Shown: positions 35,256 through 44,756 of the stretch, piece after piece | Layout: each line of letters begins with the position of its first letter | How positions within the stretch are numbered: the stretch's first letter is position 1 | From: Bacteriovoracaceae bacterium | GTDB lineage: Bacteria; Bdellovibrionota; Bacteriovoracia; Bacteriovoracales; Bacteriovoracaceae | Length of the DNA: 64,000 nucleotides | Direction: 5' to 3' | Assembly (NCBI GenBank): GCA_021737405.1 | Contig: JAIPEG010000009.1 | Span: forward strand, 5,028 to 69,027 | Notes under the pieces: generated by a model | The model's input: only the letters and a program-made list of their open reading frames with translations | The model's database searches: none | Told to the model about the DNA's origin: nothing | Position numbers and translations under genes: made by a program

Positions 35256-35738
35256 ATGCAAGATAGCGTTGTCCTGATGAAAGTTGACGACTTTTTTAAC
35301 TGGGGTCGTAAGAATTCACTTTGGCCTATGACTTTTGGTCTTGCTTGTTGTGCTATTGAAATGATGGCAACAGGTGCGGCTAAATATGACTTAGAAAGGT
35401 TTGGCTGTGGTGCCTTTATGGCAACTCCACGTCGTGCCGATTTAATGATTGTTGCCGGAACGGTGACTTTAAAAATGGCCCCCAGAATTAAAACTCTTTA
35501 CGAGCAAATGCCTGAACCGAAATATGTTATTTCCATGGGCTCTTGTGCAAATAAAGGCGGACCTTACTGGCAACATGGTTATCACGTATTAAAAGGCGTT
35601 GATGAAATTGTACCTGTTGATGTTTATGTTCCAGGTTGCCCTCCAAGACCAGAAGCCCTTATTGAAGGTATTATGACTCTTCAAAAGAAAATTGCTAACG
35701 AAAGAATTCTTCGCGACAAGTGGGTTAAGCATGCTTAA
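35256..35738 (+). CDS. nuoB: NADH-quinone oxidoreductase subunit B
   Basis: [29 protein letters not shown] and [11 protein letters not shown], the N2 cluster ligands. Confidence 0.9.
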   Translation: MQDSVVLMKVDDFFNWGRKNSLWPMTFGLACCAIEMMATGAAKYDLERFGCGAFMATPRRADLMIVAGTVTLKMAPRIKTLYEQMPEPKYVISMGSCANKGGPYWQHGYHVLKGVDEIVPVDVYVPGCPPRPEALIEGIMTLQKKIANERILRDKWVKHA

Positions 35739-36324
35739 GGATATTGCTTCATTTTTAAACTCTCAAGTATCAGGCAGTAAAGCTGAAGCGTACGAAGCTG
35801 AAGTTGGCGACGGGCATGTCAGTGTTGCAGGCGAGCATCTCTTTGCTTGTGCTAAGGCCCTAAAAGAAAGTAGTGAATTCGACATGAATGTTCTTCAGGT
35901 TGTGTCTGGTGTTGATTATGCTGACCGCATTGAAGTTAATTACATGCTAGCGAGTTTTACAAAGAACACTGAGTTCATTCTTAAAGTTAAACTTCCAAAA
36001 AAGAGTTCTGACGATATTCCAGAAGTTGATTCGGTTTGTTCACTTTGGAAGGCCGCAAACTTTTTAGAGCGTGAGACCTACGACATGGTAGGGGTCAAAT
36101 TTAATAACCACCCAGACCACAGAAGAATCCTTTGTCCTGAAGATTGGGAAGGCTTTCCTTTGAGACGAGACTATGTGGTTCAAAAAGAGTGGGATGGAAT
36201 TGAAGTGAATCCTGCTCACAAGGTAAACTCAGCCGATCATAACTTCTTTAAAGATGTTATTGAGAAAATGGGTGGAGACCAAAAGAAAGTTACTTACAGC
36301 TGGAAAAGTGACGCTGAATCTTAA
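35731..36324 (+). CDS. nuoC: NADH-quinone oxidoreductase subunit C
   Basis: [26 protein letters not shown] motif. ATG at 35731 overlaps the nuoB stop. Confidence 0.85.
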   Translation: MLKDIASFLNSQVSGSKAEAYEAEVGDGHVSVAGEHLFACAKALKESSEFDMNVLQVVSGVDYADRIEVNYMLASFTKNTEFILKVKLPKKSSDDIPEVDSVCSLWKAANFLERETYDMVGVKFNNHPDHRRILCPEDWEGFPLRRDYVVQKEWDGIEVNPAHKVNSADHNFFKDVIEKMGGDQKKVTYSWKSDAES

Positions 36325-36357
36325 TTAATAAAACTAAATAGGACTGGATAAAAGGCC

Positions 36358-37524
36358 ATGATAGAAATTAACGGAAAAGAAATTGGCGATCTCTCATCTT
36401 TAAGTTCTGAAAAGATGAAGTCAGAGCTCTTGACCCTAAACATGGGACCTCAACACCCTGCAACCCACGGGGTTTTAAGAGTTGAGCTTAAAACTGACTC
36501 TGAGATTATTGCAGAAGCAAAACCTTATATTGGCTACCTTCACCGCTGTTTTGAAAAACATGCAGAGAGCATCGATTATCGTGGGATTATTCCTTTTGTT
36601 GATCGCATGGACTACCTAGGTGCAATGGGCATGGAGTGGGGCTACGCTTTAACAATTGAAAAAATGCTAGGAACGGAAGTTCCAAGACGTGCTCAGTACA
36701 TTCGCACAATCGTTGGTGAGCTACAGAGAATTGCTTCTCACTTACTCTTTTATGGCGTTTACGCCATTGACCTTGGTGCCTTCTCTCCTTTTCTCTACGC
36801 ATTTGATGAGAGAGAAAAGATTTTAAGGCTCTTTGAAGAATTAAGTGGAGCCCGTCTTCTTTATAACTACATCTGGCTTGGTGGCGTTTGGAATGACATT
36901 ACTGACGATCAATTAAGACGTATTGAAAAATTTATCGATAACCTAGAAGAGGAAGTGAAGACTTTTCATAACCTTGTTGGTGAAAATAAAATCTTCATTG
37001 AAAGAACAGCCCATGTTGGTCCTGTCTCAGCAGAGATGGCTTATCAATATGGAGCAACTGGTCCCGTCTTAAGGGCTTCCGGAGTTGACTGGGATCTTAG
37101 AAAGAAAAGACCATATGGCATCTATGAAGAGTTTGATTTTGATGTGCCAGTTGGAAAAGGTGAAAAAGGTCAGTTAGGGGACTGCTGGGATCGATATCAC
37201 GTAAGAGTTCAAGAAATTTTCGAGTCCATTAAAATTCTTCGTCAGTGCCTAGCTGGAATTGAGGAAGGTTCTATTATGGGGAAAGTTCCGAAGGTATTAA
37301 AAGTACCTGAAGGGGAGATCTACATGAGAACAGAATGTCCTCGTGGTGAACTTGGATATCATCTTGTTTCTGATGGGGGTAAAACTCCTTATCGTTTAAA
37401 AGTTAAGTCTTCATGTTTTACTCACGTAAGCATGTTGCCAGAAATGGGGCCAGGTCAATTGATTGCTGACTTTGTGGCCACTATTGGATCTATTGATATT
37501 GTATTAGGTGAGGTTGACCGATGA
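36358..37524 (+). CDS. nuoD: NADH-quinone oxidoreductase subunit D
   Basis: LNMGPQHPATHGVLRV at the N-terminus and GSIDIVLGEVDR at the C-terminus. No NiFe Cys motifs, so not a hydrogenase large subunit. Confidence 0.9.
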   Translation: MIEINGKEIGDLSSLSSEKMKSELLTLNMGPQHPATHGVLRVELKTDSEIIAEAKPYIGYLHRCFEKHAESIDYRGIIPFVDRMDYLGAMGMEWGYALTIEKMLGTEVPRRAQYIRTIVGELQRIASHLLFYGVYAIDLGAFSPFLYAFDEREKILRLFEELSGARLLYNYIWLGGVWNDITDDQLRRIEKFIDNLEEEVKTFHNLVGENKIFIERTAHVGPVSAEMAYQYGATGPVLRASGVDWDLRKKRPYGIYEEFDFDVPVGKGEKGQLGDCWDRYHVRVQEIFESIKILRQCLAGIEEGSIMGKVPKVLKVPEGEIYMRTECPRGELGYHLVSDGGKTPYRLKVKSSCFTHVSMLPEMGPGQLIADFVATIGSIDIVLGEVDR

Positions 37525-38069
37525 GTGGAATAACGCCAGATATTTCAGATTTTGCTACCAAAGAGAATCTTATCAACCAAGAGGACCTAACTTTTGGAAA
37601 ATGGCTGAGAAATATTTATGACGCCATTAGGACTTGTTTTAATGGGATGGTGATCACTGGTAATGTTATTCTTACGAGAAAAGCGGTTACCATTGAGTAT
37701 CCTGAAGTTAGAGAAGAGCTTCCTGCTAATTCTCGTAGTCGTCTTTTCAACGATGTAGATAATTGCATTGCTTGCCTACAGTGTGCAGCTGCTTGTCCCG
37801 TTGATTGTATTTATATTACGGCCACGAGACGTGACAAAGAAGCACCTAAGCTTAAAACAGATGATGGAACCCCCATTAAGCTAGATCTTTTGCAATATAC
37901 AATTGATACAGCACTGTGCTGCTACTGTGGTCTTTGTACTACTGTTTGCCCAACAGAGTGTTTAACCCATACAACTGATTATGAGTTTGCCCAGTACACT
38001 CTTGGAGAGATGAAGTATGATTATCTTGAAGAAGATATTCGTGCTTGGAAACACAGAATCGTTAAGTAG
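37521..38069 (+). CDS. nuoI: NADH-quinone oxidoreductase subunit I (2x[4Fe-4S])
   Basis: CIACLQCAAACP and CCYCGLCTTVCP ferredoxin motifs. ATGA overlap with nuoD. Confidence 0.85.
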   Translation: MSGITPDISDFATKENLINQEDLTFGKWLRNIYDAIRTCFNGMVITGNVILTRKAVTIEYPEVREELPANSRSRLFNDVDNCIACLQCAAACPVDCIYITATRRDKEAPKLKTDDGTPIKLDLLQYTIDTALCCYCGLCTTVCPTECLTHTTDYEFAQYTLGEMKYDYLEEDIRAWKHRIVK

Positions 38070-38074
38070 ATTTT

Positions 38075-38482
38075 ATGAAAAAAACCGCCGATCAAATTAT
38101 ATCTGATATTAAAAACTTACTTGTTGATGAATACTCAACTCCTTGTAGTGTTACTGCGAAAGTATCAGACTCTGTTGAGTTCATTGGCGACCTTATGAAG
38201 CAGCACGGTGTTCGTCATATTCCTATTTTCAAAGATGGGCAGCTGGCTGGAATGGTTAGTGATAGAGACGTAAGAAATCTAAAAGACTCCCAAGTCGGTG
38301 CTGGGGAGATCATGAGCAAAGACGTCTATGAGGTAACTTCTGGCACTCTCTTAAGAGAGGTTGTCTTTGAGATGTCTTCAAAGAAAATCGGCTCTACAAT
38401 TGTAAAAGATAATGAAAGTGGAGAGTATTCGATATTTACTTCTGTCGACGCCCTAAACGCTCTTAACGAAATTCTTCAATAA
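38075..38482 (+). CDS. CBS-domain pair protein
   Basis: 135 aa with repeated CBS-like segments (HGVRHIPIFKDGQLAGMVSDRDV; KKIGSTIVKDNESGEYSIFTSVD). Starts 5 nt after nuoI. Confidence 0.7.
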   Translation: MKKTADQIISDIKNLLVDEYSTPCSVTAKVSDSVEFIGDLMKQHGVRHIPIFKDGQLAGMVSDRDVRNLKDSQVGAGEIMSKDVYEVTSGTLLREVVFEMSSKKIGSTIVKDNESGEYSIFTSVDALNALNEILQ

Positions 38483-38486
38483 TCAT

Positions 38487-39146
38487 TTAACAAAAAGGTA
38501 ACTCTTCTAGATGCCTTTTGAAAAACGCAATCAACTTTTCCTGTGTCTCGGGCCTTGTTAGCACTGACCAATAGAAGAGGCGATCGGGAAGCAGGCGTCC
38601 TGCGCTTCGGCCATTTCTTTTACTTCCCTTAAGTTGAATTTCCATAATGTCTAAGGCACAACGAATATTGGGAAGAGGTTTCAAGATAGAGACTGGATTA
38701 AGAACAGCACACGCACCATTTGGTTTTTTATCAGATAAGCTAAGCTGAAAGAGGCCCTCTGACCATTCTCTAAGAGGCTTTTCATAATAGCGAGTATTTG
38801 GATTAAACGATGATTCTTGTGAGCTGATAGAGGACATAAAGACTAACCAGAAATGTCTTTTTTCAAAATCGTTTGCCTGCCTATAGCCTAAGCAATTTAA
38901 CTTTTCTAAATCCCCATACTCAAGTTCTATATTCAAGAGCTCGGTTTCATTTACATATTTGATTAGTTCACTAGACCACACTTTTTTCCATGTATATGGA
39001 TACCAGCGAAGTTTTGAAATGTTGGGCACTTGGGAATCATTATTTTGAGCTTGAAGATTATTTTCAATTGATGGGACGCCTTCTTTTTTACCACAGCTAA
39101 AAACAAAAAGGGTCAACAACAGAGAGAGTAAAACTCTTTTCATCAA
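38487..39146 (-). CDS. lipoprotein, SLT-like lytic transglycosylase (tentative)
   Basis: Lipobox VFSC. SSQESSFNPN (E-S) and EGLFQLS resemble SLT family motifs. Confidence 0.5.
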   Translation of the reverse strand: MMKRVLLSLLLTLFVFSCGKKEGVPSIENNLQAQNNDSQVPNISKLRWYPYTWKKVWSSELIKYVNETELLNIELEYGDLEKLNCLGYRQANDFEKRHFWLVFMSSISSQESSFNPNTRYYEKPLREWSEGLFQLSLSDKKPNGACAVLNPVSILKPLPNIRCALDIMEIQLKGSKRNGRSAGRLLPDRLFYWSVLTRPETQEKLIAFFKRHLEELPFC

Positions 39147-39333
39147 GATCTCCTTGGTTTTAAAAACCTTTCAGGTATTGTTTAAGGCCTGACCCAAGAA
39201 GGCAAGTTTTCTCTAAAATAAATACACACATTAATTAGAATTATTTTCTTACATTTTCCTAACAGAATAATAATCCTTGTTTTAATTATTTCTAATTTTG
39301 GTAAGCTAACTATTCAATTTAACAAAAGATTTT

Positions 39334-40167
39334 ATGAAAATTAAATACTTCACATTTCTTATATTTGTCTTAACCTTTCACGCTCGAGCTGGTTTTCACG
39401 AAGCCAATCGACCTTTTGGACACAACCTTTCTCATACAGATTATTTCCCAAAGAAAAGTTGCAGTGTCGGTGTTCAAGTGATCGCATGTGGAAGAGAAAA
39501 TTGGGCGATTGGTACGAGCCCTTTTCTAATTAGTATTTATAATATGAATAATCTCTATTTTATAAGAAGACTTGGAAGAGAGATAAATGGAAATAAGAAG
39601 ACTTTGCAGGTGGCGTTCTTTGATACCTTTTCAGAAGAGGACCGTATAAGCACCGTTAATCCAAATGCTCGTTTAAATTCAAGTTATCAGCAAACGTCGG
39701 CGATGGCCTATTACATCTACTCTCAAAATATTCGAGATAACTATCGCCTCCATTGGAATACGACGGTTTCTTATTTCTTTGATGATAAGTATCCGTTCTC
39801 TTTAAGAAGACCAACAATCAGACGGCGAAAGTATCAACTTAACTTAACGACTCTTCATGAAGTGAAAATGACGGAGTACATGGGGATTCAGGGAGAGGTT
39901 GGGTTGATTCATTTAGAAGACCTCTATCCTAGACTCCATACCGGAGCTTCCTTATTTTTCAAAAGTAAGCGTTGGCTCTTTCAAATAGGCTTCACTTTGA
40001 CTTCCACGATGGATGGTCTTTTTGTAAATGCGATGGAGCCCAATCGCTTTGATTATCAGCAAGAGCTCCGTATCGATAGTAGAGGCTATGAAGGGCCATT
40101 TGATAAAAATAAAATCAAAGAAGATTTTTCAATGCATCCTGAAATCGCTATCCAATACCATTTCTAA
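39334..40167 (+). CDS. hypothetical outer-membrane beta-barrel protein
   Basis: Signal peptide, alternating hydrophobic pattern, C-terminal IAIQYHF. Confidence 0.45.
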   Translation: MKIKYFTFLIFVLTFHARAGFHEANRPFGHNLSHTDYFPKKSCSVGVQVIACGRENWAIGTSPFLISIYNMNNLYFIRRLGREINGNKKTLQVAFFDTFSEEDRISTVNPNARLNSSYQQTSAMAYYIYSQNIRDNYRLHWNTTVSYFFDDKYPFSLRRPTIRRRKYQLNLTTLHEVKMTEYMGIQGEVGLIHLEDLYPRLHTGASLFFKSKRWLFQIGFTLTSTMDGLFVNAMEPNRFDYQQELRIDSRGYEGPFDKNKIKEDFSMHPEIAIQYHF

Positions 40168-40610
40168 GAATAAAGAGTACAGGCTACAGCAATGATGGAG
40201 AAGAAAAGGCCTAATGCTTTCATGGTATTAACCGGAACTTTATCAACAGTAATATCCCAAATGATTGAAGTGATCATTTGAGCGACGACAATTAATACCG
40301 TTACCTTTACGGCACCTATTTTAGAAATCCCAAATGGAATACCGCTGATAATAATAAACCCACAGATGCTTGGGATGATGTACCACCATTTGAAGCTCGA
40401 AAGAGGCGCACGTGCTCTAAAGAAGTCCGGAAAAGCTTCGGGATATTTTAGGACGCCGAAATAAAAGACAATTGAATATATTAAAACCAGAACATTTCCA
40501 ATGAGTAGGGAATGGGCCAATCCAAGTGGAGCGGACATATTACGGTTAAAACCACCTTGAAGAATGCCCGATACGCCAACTGCGATAGGAATAAGAAATG
40601 TCCAATTCAT
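40164..40610 (-). CDS. DMT-superfamily small transporter (DUF606/YdcZ-like)
   Basis: 148 aa with 5 TM helices. N-terminal IAVGVSGILQGGFNRNM pattern. Confidence 0.6.
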   Translation of the reverse strand: MNWTFLIPIAVGVSGILQGGFNRNMSAPLGLAHSLLIGNVLVLIYSIVFYFGVLKYPEAFPDFFRARAPLSSFKWWYIIPSICGFIIISGIPFGISKIGAVKVTVLIVVAQMITSIIWDITVDKVPVNTMKALGLFFSIIAVACTLYS

Positions 40611-40619
40611 GTAAGTCCC

Positions 40620-41801
40620 TTAGCTTCCCTTTTTTAGGATAAGTCCTTTTAAGTAATCGCCCTCTGGAAAGTAGTCGAGTAGAGGACAGTCATCTTGAAG
40701 CTTGATTTTCTTTATTATTTTTAACTCAGTATTTTGACAGTATTCGCGCATGGTTTCGTCGTACTTCTTACGAGTGATACTATGGGTATTTATAAAGCAA
40801 AGGGCTTCCCCTTTAGTCCTCAAAAGGTCACTAAAGAGAGGAACTAACAATTGATAGGCCTTAAGTGAGGTTGTCGTCTTTTTTCCATCACTACTAAAGC
40901 TCGGAGGGTCGCAAACGATAAAATCAAAGGACTCATTTTGCTTTTTGAGATTAATTAAGGCCTGTAACGTATCCGAAATAATCGATTGGTGGTGCTCACT
41001 AAAGTTATTAAGATCCACATTTTGTTCAAGCCAATTAATATATTTTTCAGACAAATCTACGCTGGTCACTTTTGAAGCTCCTCTTTTAAGAGGATATAAA
41101 GACCAAGCTCCGGTATAAGAGTAAAGGTTTAAGACTTTCTTATTTTCCCAGTTATATTCCAGATTGCGTCTAATGGCAGACATGTCACTGTAAAGTCCTA
41201 AGTCGTAGCCCTGATTGAGTTTGAGAATATACTTAACTCCAAACTCACTCACCTCTAGTTCACTAGGTACTTTGCCCCAAATCGGATTTATTGGGGTTTC
41301 TTTAGAGTCATCCCTTTCCTGCCAGGCAATCCAATTAACACCATATTGATTTTGCTCGGATAAGCTCCTTAAAAAGGGAGTTATTTCTTTTTGATACTTC
41401 TTCCAATAGCGAGCATAGGACTGAATGATAAGTCCGTCTTTAAGGAGAAGAATAAAGAGCCCTGGAATGAGATCGGCTTCACCAAAACAGAGAAAAATAT
41501 TTTCACGTTCCTTAGAGTCGACCAAATCTTTTCTTTTTGAAAACGATAGCTTGAGTCGCTCCTTTAGTTCATCGAGGAAATTGAAATCTGTTGTGGTGTT
41601 TATTTTCCAAAAGCGAGCTTTTATTTTGGGGTGGGCTGTGTCGGCAATGAGAAAAAATTCCTCATTCTTCTTGCCCTTTGCGGATATAAAGCGATCTTTG
41701 GCCCGAAATCTTTCCGTGTACTGATCCTTAATAATCCAAGGGTGACCTTTGGCCAAGTGGCGTAAACTTTCTGGGTGCAGGGAAACGACTTGAGGCTTCA
41801 T
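40620..41801 (-). CDS. class I SAM-dependent rRNA methyltransferase, RlmI/RlmK-like
   Basis: PUA-like N-terminus (LAKGHPWIIKDQ), SAM-binding region (VLNLYSYTGAWSL) and the VCDPPSF catalytic motif. Confidence 0.7.
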   Translation of the reverse strand: MKPQVVSLHPESLRHLAKGHPWIIKDQYTERFRAKDRFISAKGKKNEEFFLIADTAHPKIKARFWKINTTTDFNFLDELKERLKLSFSKRKDLVDSKERENIFLCFGEADLIPGLFILLLKDGLIIQSYARYWKKYQKEITPFLRSLSEQNQYGVNWIAWQERDDSKETPINPIWGKVPSELEVSEFGVKYILKLNQGYDLGLYSDMSAIRRNLEYNWENKKVLNLYSYTGAWSLYPLKRGASKVTSVDLSEKYINWLEQNVDLNNFSEHHQSIISDTLQALINLKKQNESFDFIVCDPPSFSSDGKKTTTSLKAYQLLVPLFSDLLRTKGEALCFINTHSITRKKYDETMREYCQNTELKIIKKIKLQDDCPLLDYFPEGDYLKGLILKKGS

Positions 41802-41807
41802 GAGAAT

Positions 41808-42071
41808 TTAATGCAAAAGTTTCTCAGGAACATCTTTTGTTCTCTCAGAAATCTCTTCGATAGTATCTTCCATTCTGAGGATAAGCTCATTTGTTAAGCG
41901 AAAAGGATCACTAAATTCATTTAGGCCTAAACCTCTGAGGCATGCTTGCTCTTCAGGAGTAAGGGCTGAATATGGGTCTATTTTAAGGCAAAGGTCTTTA
42001 AGAGAATTTGCACGTGCATTGAGCTCTTTTAAAGAAAGATTTTTTAAATTGATGGGTGAAAAATTTTTCAT
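41808..42071 (-). CDS. hypothetical small protein
   Basis: The ORF is open to 42212. The ATG at 42071 has an AAGGGAG SD and avoids an antisense overlap with the divergent gene. No family recognised. Confidence 0.4.
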   Translation of the reverse strand: MKNFSPINLKNLSLKELNARANSLKDLCLKIDPYSALTPEEQACLRGLGLNEFSDPFRLTNELILRMEDTIEEISERTKDVPEKLLH

Positions 42072-42149
42072 GGAGAAAGTCTCCCTTATTAAACACGCCT
42101 CGTCAATTAACCATTGATAAAAGGCCCGTGATTTGCACCAAGTCATAAT

Positions 42150-43019
42150 ATGTGGATTACTATAAGTCTCATTATTTTTATCTCCCTTCTTCCAAGTCAG
42201 GTTTTTGGGCATCTATTTGAACGTATTTTCAACTATTTTCGCCATAGAAGTCTCCTATATAGAGGACAAAAACTTTATCAGTGGTTGGACTCTTTTGGAC
42301 CAGGAACGGTCGCTTTTAATTTGGGGGTTGCCCTACCCGCAAGAGAATCTTATCGAGGATATGGGGTGCTCCTCCATGAGACCTGGAATAAGGTTCAAAA
42401 GTCTGGAGGCCAGGTGGGCGATCTCATTAGATGCATAAAATACTCTCTAAGAGAGGATTTAAAGCGAACGCAAAAAGAGCACCAAGTTTTAAGAGGAGCC
42501 TATGCTCAACTAATCTTTATGCATTTAATGGTCTGGAGTTATCTGATTTTATTTGAATGGCTGATTAAGGTGGGTTTTTCCCTTGGCTTTTGGCTTGGCG
42601 TTATTTTTTGGCAGTTGCTTGGGGTTTTCCTTTTCATTCTTCTTTTAAAGAAAAAAAGAAGACGAGAATTTGATCCAATAAATGACCTCTTAGAGCTAGT
42701 ACTTGAACTTACTATGATTTGCTTTCAAGGGCATTTGATTCAATCAAAATTAAATTATAAGGAGACGATCTTTAAGGGAACCTATCGAAATTTTGAAGAG
42801 AGACTCTATTGGACTTTGGAAAATTGGCAAAAAATGGGCGCTGCTTCAAAGACGAGTATTACAGAACTCCAGGAAGATCTCATGATTATCTCAGCGGATG
42901 CAACTGAGCGCTTCATTCCATGGCTCAAGGGGCTATGTTTTGTTTGGGCGCTGATTTTCGTTTTACCGGTCCTCTTTGCAGGCTCTCTTTTTGGACTCTA
43001 TAAGCTTACCGTTGTATAA
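42150..43019 (+). CDS. membrane protein with two T2SSF-like (TadB/TadC/GspF-type) repeats (tentative)
   Basis: N-terminal TM helix. VQKSGGQVGDLIRCIKYSLREDLKRTQKE...TM-TM, then a second helical region plus a C-terminal TM (FVLPVLFAGSLFG). Resembles the GGNL..L...R platform-protein signature, from memory. Confidence 0.45.
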   Translation: MWITISLIIFISLLPSQVFGHLFERIFNYFRHRSLLYRGQKLYQWLDSFGPGTVAFNLGVALPARESYRGYGVLLHETWNKVQKSGGQVGDLIRCIKYSLREDLKRTQKEHQVLRGAYAQLIFMHLMVWSYLILFEWLIKVGFSLGFWLGVIFWQLLGVFLFILLLKKKRRREFDPINDLLELVLELTMICFQGHLIQSKLNYKETIFKGTYRNFEERLYWTLENWQKMGAASKTSITELQEDLMIISADATERFIPWLKGLCFVWALIFVLPVLFAGSLFGLYKLTVV

Positions 43020-43058
43020 CAGACTTTTAAAAAATGAATTACCCAAGGGTTAAGCTTT

Positions 43059-44753
43059 ATGGCAAAAGATCGTCCAGCTAATGAAAAACAAATTATTTAT
43101 TCCATGAATCGTGTGGGAAAAGTTTATAAGCAAAAACATGTTCTAAAAGACATCAGCTTATCTTATTTCTACGGTGCCAAAATTGGTGTTCTTGGACTCA
43201 ACGGCTCAGGGAAGTCGACTCTTCTAAGAATAATGGCGGGACTTGATGAAGATCATCTCGGCGAAACAACTATTTCCAAAGGATATAGTGTTGGTTTCTT
43301 AGAGCAAGAACCACAACTTGATCCGGAAAAAAGCGTTCGTGATGTTGTCTCTGAAGGTGTTCAGCAAATAATGGATGACCTTAAAGAATTTGAAGATATT
43401 TCCATGCAGTTTTCAGAGCCGATGAGCGACGATGAAATGAATAAGCTTTTGGAAAAGCAGGCCAAACTTCAAGATCGTCTGGATGCAACCAATGCTTGGG
43501 ATATTGATAGTCGTCTAGAGCTTGCGATGGATGCTCTTCGCTGTCCGCCAAGTGAACAAAAATGTGGCGTTCTCTCTGGTGGTGAAAAAAGAAGAGTGGC
43601 CTTATGTCGCCTTCTTTTAAAAGAGCCCGATATTCTTCTACTTGATGAGCCAACTAACCATTTAGATGCGGAAACAGTATATTGGTTAGAGCGTCACTTG
43701 CAGTCTTATAGAGGAACAGTCATCGCCGTTACTCACGATAGGTACTTCCTAGATAATGTCGCTGGTTGGATTCTTGAGCTTGACCGAGGACAAGGTATTC
43801 CTTTTGAAGGAAATTACACCAATTGGTTGGAGCAAAAACAGGCCCGTCTTGAGCGTGAAGAGAAGTCTGAAAGTAAAAAGCAAAAAGCACTTAAAGAAGA
43901 GCTCGAATGGATTCGTTCTTCACCGAAAGCTCGTCAAGCTAAGTCTAAGGCGAGAATTCGTGACTACGAACAAAGAGTAATAGATTCAAAAGAGAAGTAT
44001 TCTGAAACAAACGAGATCTTTATTCCTTCTGGACCTCGTCTAGGTGATGTTGTTATTGAAGCACAAGGAATCTCAAAGGCCTTTGGAGACAAAGTTCTTT
44101 ACGATAACTTATCTTTTAAATTACCTCCTGGTGGAATCGTTGGTGTCATTGGTCCAAACGGTGCTGGTAAGACCACACTTTTTAGAATGATTATGGGCCA
44201 AGAGAAGCCAGACTCTGGAACATTTAAAGTCGGTGATACTGTTCAACTTGGCTATGTTGATCAAGGTCGCCAGCTTGACCCAAATCAAACAATCGTTGAT
44301 CTTGTCAGTGGTGGCACTGAACTCATTAAACTTGGGGACAAAGAAATCAATGCTCGCGCCTATATCGGTAAATTCAACTTTACGGGTGAAGATCAAAAGA
44401 AAAAAGTTAGTGAGCTCTCTGGTGGTGAACGAAATCGTGTTCACTTGGCCTGTACTCTCAAAGAGGGTGGAAACGTTCTTCTTCTCGATGAGCCTACAAA
44501 CGATCTTGATGTGAATACTCTTCAAGCTTTGGAAAAAGCCCTTGTAGACTTTGCCGGCTGTGCTGTTGTTATTTCCCACGATAGGTTCTTTCTCGATAGA
44601 ATAGCCACTCACATGTTGGCCTTCGAAGGAGATTCACAAGTGACTTGGTTTGACGGTAACTTTTCGGAATACGAAGAAGACAAGAGAAAGCGTCTTGGAG
44701 ATCAGGCCTTAGAACCCAAAAGAATTTCTTATAAAAAGCTTAAAAGGGACTAG
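43059..44753 (+). CDS. ettA: ABC-F translational throttle EttA
   Basis: Near-colinear with E. coli EttA at the N-terminus (YSMNRVGKVY...ISLSYFYGAKIGVLGLNGSGKSTLLRIMAG). Two ABC cassettes. Confidence 0.9.
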   Translation: MAKDRPANEKQIIYSMNRVGKVYKQKHVLKDISLSYFYGAKIGVLGLNGSGKSTLLRIMAGLDEDHLGETTISKGYSVGFLEQEPQLDPEKSVRDVVSEGVQQIMDDLKEFEDISMQFSEPMSDDEMNKLLEKQAKLQDRLDATNAWDIDSRLELAMDALRCPPSEQKCGVLSGGEKRRVALCRLLLKEPDILLLDEPTNHLDAETVYWLERHLQSYRGTVIAVTHDRYFLDNVAGWILELDRGQGIPFEGNYTNWLEQKQARLEREEKSESKKQKALKEELEWIRSSPKARQAKSKARIRDYEQRVIDSKEKYSETNEIFIPSGPRLGDVVIEAQGISKAFGDKVLYDNLSFKLPPGGIVGVIGPNGAGKTTLFRMIMGQEKPDSGTFKVGDTVQLGYVDQGRQLDPNQTIVDLVSGGTELIKLGDKEINARAYIGKFNFTGEDQKKKVSELSGGERNRVHLACTLKEGGNVLLLDEPTNDLDVNTLQALEKALVDFAGCAVVISHDRFFLDRIATHMLAFEGDSQVTWFDGNFSEYEEDKRKRLGDQALEPKRISYKKLKRD

Positions 44754-44756
44754 GTC

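Noticed and set aside
42072-42212. Upstream part of the minus-strand ORF 41808..42212, which would overlap the divergent 42150 gene antisense by 63 nt.
   Set aside because: The ATGs at 42212 and 42146 have no SD. The ATG at 42071 has AAGGGAG and removes the head-to-head overlap. The longer form cannot be excluded.
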